From assembly GCA_008690995.1 (NCBI GenBank), contig VRMN01000013.1, positions 186,001 through 250,000 of the forward strand: a stretch of 64,000 nucleotides of DNA, in the 5' to 3' direction. Shown piece by piece: positions 58,797-64,000 of the stretch. How positions within the stretch are numbered: the stretch's first letter is position 1; each line of letters starts with the position of its first letter. Origin of the DNA: Porphyridium purpureum (Eukaryota). The position numbers and the translations under genes are program-made. A model generated the notes under the pieces. It searched no databases. It worked only from the letters and a program-made list of their open reading frames with translations, and was not told where the DNA came from.

Positions 58797-58948
58797 CGCA
58801 TCTCGCAACGGCCTGCATTTTTGGGAAGACGAAGAATTTAAATCATAAACCAACTGCGGCAAAAGACGCGTGTTTAACAAGCGAAACGGCACCTACTGTG
58901 AAACGTGAACTGTACACCCATGAATTGGAGGTGTTTTGATATGAACGA

Positions 58949-59218
58949 CCGTTACGCTGTGCGCGCTTTGAGCGAGCTTGTGGGTTTTTGAAACGGACTG
59001 GCCATGTGAACCCGCGCGCGAAACGCGGGTTGCGGTTATGGCGCTGCGTGCCGCCCCGCCGCCCTCCATGAGCACTGCCGACGCGCGCCCGCGCGGTTGG
59101 CGCGCGCGCTCGTTGAATGGCTCGCTGGCGGCGCGCGTACGTCCAGCCTGCGACCGCTCTTGCCTTCCGCAAGATCTCTCCCGTTCTGTGAATGCCCAGC
59201 TCGGTTAATGGCGGTTAT
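58949..59218. promoter_or_regulatory. MYB/MSA-like sites upstream of the KEN-box coiled-coil gene
   Basis: CCGTT (58949, 59181), AAACGG (58991), GCGGTTAT (59032, 59211), CGGTTAAT (59202). Confidence 0.5.
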
Positions 59219-59710
59219 GAGTGGTCGCTCGAACTACCGTGCCTGCGTGGTGCGAGCTGAGTAGAATCATGAAGTGTGAGCGTGTGGGTGGATGCGGCTG
59301 TTGCGAGCGCGTGATGTCACTGCGTCATTGCTCGCAACGGTCAAGTGTCGAAGGCGTCGTCGTGCCTTTGGCCCGCGCAACTCACTCTGTACCGAGGTTG
59401 CACAAGGAAGACTCTGGTCTCCTGACTGGGAAGCACTCATGCGGAGGACGTGGTTTTCGTTTGCTTGCTGCTTACGTACCCGGAGTCTTGATTCCATCGG
59501 GTATAAATTAAATGAGAGGCATGCGGCGCGTGGACCAAAACGACAGGGGCGCATCAAGGAACTGTGGAACGAGCCAGGCGAACAAAACATTTTGAGGGAA
59601 AAGGCGGCTGACCCTGTGTGCATCAGTTCTTAGCACCAGAGGCACAGGTGTGGCATAGACGGCAGCACACTGACCGAGTCAAGCGCTATCAGCCGCACGT
59701 GAAAGCGAGA

Positions 59711-62269
59711 ATGTCGATGGTCGACCAGCATGCCGCCGAGCCGGCGTTGAACCAGTCAGGCGAGCCCCAGACCTTCGCGGTGCGTCACGATCTCTCCGCC
59801 AAGCAGACTGTGACGCCTGTAAGGAAGCGCGCGTCGCTCTCAAAGAATGTAACACCGCTCAAAACTGTGCAAGCTCAGCATATGATCCACTCGCTGATGA
59901 AGCCGACAATCTCGTCACAAAACAAGACATTGAACAAGGAGAATGCACCAGACCATGAAAATCTTGAACACGCGAGGGCGGGTGTCGCTGTGACACCTTC
60001 GTCCACAAAGTACAAGGCATCTCCTGCTCCTTCTGCGGCAAAGAGCCCCGGAATGCCTGTCCACGCGCGAGCTGGGTCGAGGCACACTTCGAGTGCGACT
60101 GCTGCTAATGCTCCATGCGCCCCTTCTGAAAGTTCCGTGAGCAAGAGCTCGAATCAGGCCAAGTCGCCGCTGGAGAATCTCAAGGGACTGAATCAGCGCA
60201 TGCGCGCGGAGATTGTGCGATCCGAGTCTGAAATGGCTGCGCACTTGGAGGCCCTCAGTAAGGAAATCGCGCTCAAGGACGAAGAAAAGAGGGAATTGGA
60301 AGCATCGTTTGCCAGTGAGCTGCAGAGCCTTGCTGAAGAGCGTACTGCGCTCGCAGCAGCGCTGGAAACGAATCAAGAAGGTCGTCGTGCTGACGAGCAG
60401 GATTTTATTGAGCGTCACCGCGCGATGAATCTCAAAATCACGACATTAGAAGGCGTGATCGCCGATTTGGAAAAGTGCAAAGAAGAGCTACTTGACACGG
60501 TTGCGAATGTGGAACTCCAAAAACTGGCCTTGCATGAAGCTTTGGAGCACGAAAAGGAACGAATGCAACAAGCGAGCACCGAGCAAGACGCGCTCAAGCT
60601 CGAACTTGGCCAGTTGCGTCAAGAGCGCGAAAGTCTGGAGGTTGCGCATGGTGTCGTGGTTGAGACCATGAATGAGCAGCTGCAGGCGCTTGACGTGCAG
60701 CTTCATGGCATAGAGCAGCGCGAAGTCGAGGCACGCCAACTGATCGCTGAACTTCAGCAGCGGCTCACAGAGTCGGCGGTCGCGCTGCATGAGAAGCAGT
60801 TGCTTTGTGCGCAAAAGGACGAGATTGTCAGCAAATTGCACAGCACACAGGATGCGCTGCGCTTGGAGGTGGTGGCCACACATGAGCAGCTGGCGTCATT
60901 GGAAGTGCTTTTGCGTGAGCAGCGCGAGCGCAGCGAGGCGCTGGAGCGGAACGTGCAGGAAAAAGCGGTTGAATGGAGCGAGAAGCATGCAGAGCTACGT
61001 GGGGCCAAAGAAGAAGTGGAGCATCAAGTGCGCAAGGTCACGGAGGAAGCGGACATACTTTCCACCGGCATCGTCGAGATGCGAGAGCAGCTGGCGGACA
61101 CGATTGCAGACAAGATTGAGCTCGAGAGTGCGCTTGAAGTGGTCCGCGGAGAGAAACGCGAGCTGGCAGGATTACTGGAGGAGGCGCACGCGAGTAAGAC
61201 TCGACTCAGGAACTTGAACGCTGACATTCTGAAGAGGCTGAATGAAGCCGTTGGGAAATGCGCTCTTCAAGAAGATACCATCCAGGGCTTGGTTGAAGAG
61301 GTTGACGGCGTGCTCCGACGTCATGCGACGCTTTCAGCCGAGCGCGCGGCTGTGTCTGAGTCTCTGGATGTGTGCCGGGCAGAGCAAGATCGAACACGAG
61401 CAGAGCTGGATGCGCTCGCGTCGGCGCACGCCTCTTTACAGGGTGCTCACTCTGACTTGCACAGCCAACTGAAGCAATCTCACACTCAGCTTGAACTCAT
61501 AAAGAAGGAGCTCGAGCAGACGAGCGCGGAAAAGGCTTCCCTGCACACACAATTGCAAGAATCAAAGAGGAGGAATGATGAACTGAGCGCGCATATTCAA
61601 GAGGCGCGTGAGCAGGCCAAGGCTCAACAATGCGAAAACGCGGACGAGCGAGACACTCTGATGCGAACGATTGAGCTCCAGGAAGAGACCATCCACGCGG
61701 CACGCGCGCGCATGGGGGAGCTCGTGCATGATACAAATGAGCTTGAGCAGGAACGCCAGACGCACCTGGACGCTATCGAAATCTTGCGCTCCGAAACCGA
61801 GCTGCGCGATCTCGAGCTCGCCCGGATGAGCGAAGAAAATCTTGCACTCTCTGCAAATCTGCAGACTGTGAAGAAGGAGTGCGAGAGTAGCAAAGTCGAG
61901 CTCGCCGGCGCCAACGAGCGCATCCGGCGGCTCGAGCGGGAGAAAAGCACGGCGCAGGCGCTTCTCCAACAGTCGCACAAGATTTTGACCATGCTGCAAG
62001 CCGGCCTGTCTGCGCAGCAGCAATGCGGTAAATTGAAAGCAGCGAACGAAGAACAGTACGTGCAAGGAAGTGGCGGCACCGAATCGTCGGCAGCAAGTGT
62101 ATGGATGCAGCGCGCTGCTGCGCTGGCCCGTCTCGATGGAGGGATGGGCTGCGTGCGTTCAGTACCCACTCGCGCGGCCGCGCAAAACAGCAGCACGATT
62201 TCCGAATCGAGCAACTCGAACAGAGACAATGACACCACGTCAAGTTTCCAGACGGCACCTGAGAATTAA
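59711..62269 (+). CDS. Long coiled-coil protein with basic N-terminus (D-box-like, KEN box, SxMxPTxSS motif); probable mitotic microtubule-associated protein
   Basis: TPVRKRASLSKNVTPLK, SLMKPTISS and NKENAP, followed by about 600 aa of heptad repeats. Confidence 0.75.
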   Translation: MSMVDQHAAEPALNQSGEPQTFAVRHDLSAKQTVTPVRKRASLSKNVTPLKTVQAQHMIHSLMKPTISSQNKTLNKENAPDHENLEHARAGVAVTPSSTKYKASPAPSAAKSPGMPVHARAGSRHTSSATAANAPCAPSESSVSKSSNQAKSPLENLKGLNQRMRAEIVRSESEMAAHLEALSKEIALKDEEKRELEASFASELQSLAEERTALAAALETNQEGRRADEQDFIERHRAMNLKITTLEGVIADLEKCKEELLDTVANVELQKLALHEALEHEKERMQQASTEQDALKLELGQLRQERESLEVAHGVVVETMNEQLQALDVQLHGIEQREVEARQLIAELQQRLTESAVALHEKQLLCAQKDEIVSKLHSTQDALRLEVVATHEQLASLEVLLREQRERSEALERNVQEKAVEWSEKHAELRGAKEEVEHQVRKVTEEADILSTGIVEMREQLADTIADKIELESALEVVRGEKRELAGLLEEAHASKTRLRNLNADILKRLNEAVGKCALQEDTIQGLVEEVDGVLRRHATLSAERAAVSESLDVCRAEQDRTRAELDALASAHASLQGAHSDLHSQLKQSHTQLELIKKELEQTSAEKASLHTQLQESKRRNDELSAHIQEAREQAKAQQCENADERDTLMRTIELQEETIHAARARMGELVHDTNELEQERQTHLDAIEILRSETELRDLELARMSEENLALSANLQTVKKECESSKVELAGANERIRRLEREKSTAQALLQQSHKILTMLQAGLSAQQQCGKLKAANEEQYVQGSGGTESSAASVWMQRAAALARLDGGMGCVRSVPTRAAAQNSSTISESSNSNRDNDTTSSFQTAPEN

Positions 62270-62523
62270 AGGAAATCTCTTATGGTATTTGGGCTTGGAG
62301 CATGTTCGGCCTTTCCCCCCTCCCTCCTCTTAAGGAAATGAGAAAGCAATACCACCGGGGATATTTCATACAGAGCTTGTTCGGTGCTTGGATTCGAGCC
62401 ACGCTCAGATTTTTCAATTCAAGAGGATGATGACCACTTGCCAAATAAATCCACCCACCAAGAGCATGTTTCCCACAAGCCACGTGCTGCAAGTTCCTCC
62501 GCATTTCTTTCTTTTCCTTTTGC

Positions 62524-64000
62524 CTATTGTCGCGAATATTGCAGAACTTTGCAGAACAAGTTGAGCGCCTTGACATCATTTAGAGAGCTGGAACGCGTGC
62601 GCGCTAGCGAAGGATCGGCGACAACCACAGCGAGACACTCGGCACGTGATAAGGCCACGTTTAGACGATTCGGGTCAAGGACAAACATGGCGCTTCGCTT
62701 CGAAACCGTGTTTGGTTGCGCAGTATCTGAACCGTCAACCATCCACGGAAAGACGCTACCCGGCGCGCGCTCTGAACTCGAATCCTCAATCCCAGTAGCG
62801 CCAGCAACACCATTGCTGCTCCCACCCGCCGTTCCGCACATCGATACGATCACAAACGGAGCTTGCTGCCCCTGGAACTTATCGACTGTGCCAACGCGCG
62901 CGTCCGGTCCGAGTGCCAGCTTCAGCTTGCTTACCTGCATATTGTACGGCGCAACGACGAGGATGTCATCTGCGGTCGTGGGGACGCGGACGCCGCGCGT
63001 GCGACGCGACGTGTAATGTCGAGCCAGCAATTCAGCGTACACACGCTGGACGAGCGCTACTTCTACGCTAGACCACTGGTCTGACATGCTCTGCTCAAAA
63101 TGGGCGTGCTCTTGGGAGTCGGGCCCTGTGAGCACACCCTGACGACCATACTGAGGTGTTATGAAGTACACTCCAGACATTTGCGCCGCTTGCAGGAGTC
63201 TTGCCTTTTGCGCATTCACCTCATCCACCGGCGCTTGATGGTGGGTGTCACGACTGCACAGCGCATTTTGCGTCGTCTCCGGGTCACTTTTGAGAAAGCC
63301 ATTGTACATCGTGCTGGAAATGAGCTCGCACAAAGGTGGACTGAGGCGAAATGTCCGATCCAGAAACACGCCGTGCTTGGCTGGCACCTTGGCGCAATCT
63401 TCACCCACAAGATACGTGAGGCATGACGCTGCTACCTCTCGCGGATGCGCTCCCTGGACGGGCATGGGCAGCTGCTGCTGGTCACCTACAAGCACCGCAT
63501 TCGGCGCGCACGCCAGCATGGACAAAAAATTGGGCAGTGACATCTGACCGGCCTCATCGACGAAGAGGTAATCAAACGCACATGTCAGCTCCTCGCTTGC
63601 AAATTGGTAGCACGTAGCACCTACAACGCCTGACGAAAACGCCGCCGTCTTCGCAGATGCTTCCTCGGTTGCTTGCCCACGCGTCGTGGGCGCGCCCAGC
63701 TTGTCCTTCATCTTCTTGAAGGAGGGAAAGTAGGTCACGCCGAGCGGCTTCAATTCTTTGACCTTGCGTTCTGTGCCACCAAGCTTAACCACGCTAGGAA
63801 CCGAAACTGACTGCGACGCTGTCGCGTCCGCTCCTCTTCCTCCGCTGACCGTAGCCTCTACTTTCTCAGCGAGCACAGCCGCCACTTGAATTAACAAGTT
63901 GTCAATGGCCTCGTGCGAGTTTGAGCTGATTGCGACTTTTTTTCGTCCGTGCAGTACCAGGTCCGCGATGATGCGGGCGCTCAAGTGCGTCTTGCCAGAA
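62524..64000 (-). CDS. Superfamily 1 (UPF1/DNA2-like) helicase resembling the C-terminal helicase of bacterial TM0106-family RecB-like nucleases; 5'-truncated by the window
   Basis: SGKT (window edge), SNSHEAIDNLL, FDYLFVDEAGQ, LVGDQQQLPMPVQGAHP, FLDRTFRL, VVAPYNMQV, VGTVDKFQGQ, NRLNVALSRAECLAVVV. Confidence 0.85.
   Translation of the reverse strand, partial: SGKTHLSARIIADLVLHGRKKVAISSNSHEAIDNLLIQVAAVLAEKVEATVSGGRGADATASQSVSVPSVVKLGGTERKVKELKPLGVTYFPSFKKMKDKLGAPTTRGQATEEASAKTAAFSSGVVGATCYQFASEELTCAFDYLFVDEAGQMSLPNFLSMLACAPNAVLVGDQQQLPMPVQGAHPREVAASCLTYLVGEDCAKVPAKHGVFLDRTFRLSPPLCELISSTMYNGFLKSDPETTQNALCSRDTHHQAPVDEVNAQKARLLQAAQMSGVYFITPQYGRQGVLTGPDSQEHAHFEQSMSDQWSSVEVALVQRVYAELLARHYTSRRTRGVRVPTTADDILVVAPYNMQVSKLKLALGPDARVGTVDKFQGQQAPFVIVSMCGTAGGSSNGVAGATGIEDSSSERAPGSVFPWMVDGSDTAQPNTVSKRSAMFVLDPNRLNVALSRAECLAVVVADPSLARTRSSSLNDVKALNLFCKVLQYSRQ

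Overview
Gene-dense, GC-rich and almost intron-free eukaryotic nuclear DNA. It is most likely from a unicellular red alga (Porphyridium-like). That is an inference from the single-exon genes, short intergenic spacers, plastid-transit-peptide-like N-termini and PH-domain CaMK-type kinases. The window holds about 33 protein-coding genes and one isolated 5S rRNA gene with an upstream TATA and an oligo-T terminator. Gene classes: cell-cycle and microtubule-organising genes (WEE1, NEDD1-like, TBCCD1, SPG1/TEM1, a KEN-box coiled-coil protein, a possible P-loop-less kinesin), ribosome biogenesis (fibrillarin, ACL4, SURF6), plastid proteins, and several bacterial-type genes (TM0106-like SF1 helicase, RhaM, FolC). 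No CRISPR array, tRNA or intact mobile element was found. Most notable observations: (1) two recurrent promoter grammars, a GTACAG-core element upstream of housekeeping genes and clustered MYB/MSA-type AACGG/TAACCG sites upstream of mitotic genes; (2) an ATF6-like membrane protein whose bZIP basic region appears replaced by acidic residues; (3) two tandem microprotein ORFs sharing an LxxIxEE (PP2A-B56-type) motif; (4) a head-to-head, possibly overlapping methyltransferase/sugar-kinase gene pair; (5) frameshifts in fibrillarin and a sulfotransferase that probably reflect long-read assembly errors. All family assignments come from recognising motifs by eye; no database search was run. Many start codons were re-assigned to the most plausible ATG.
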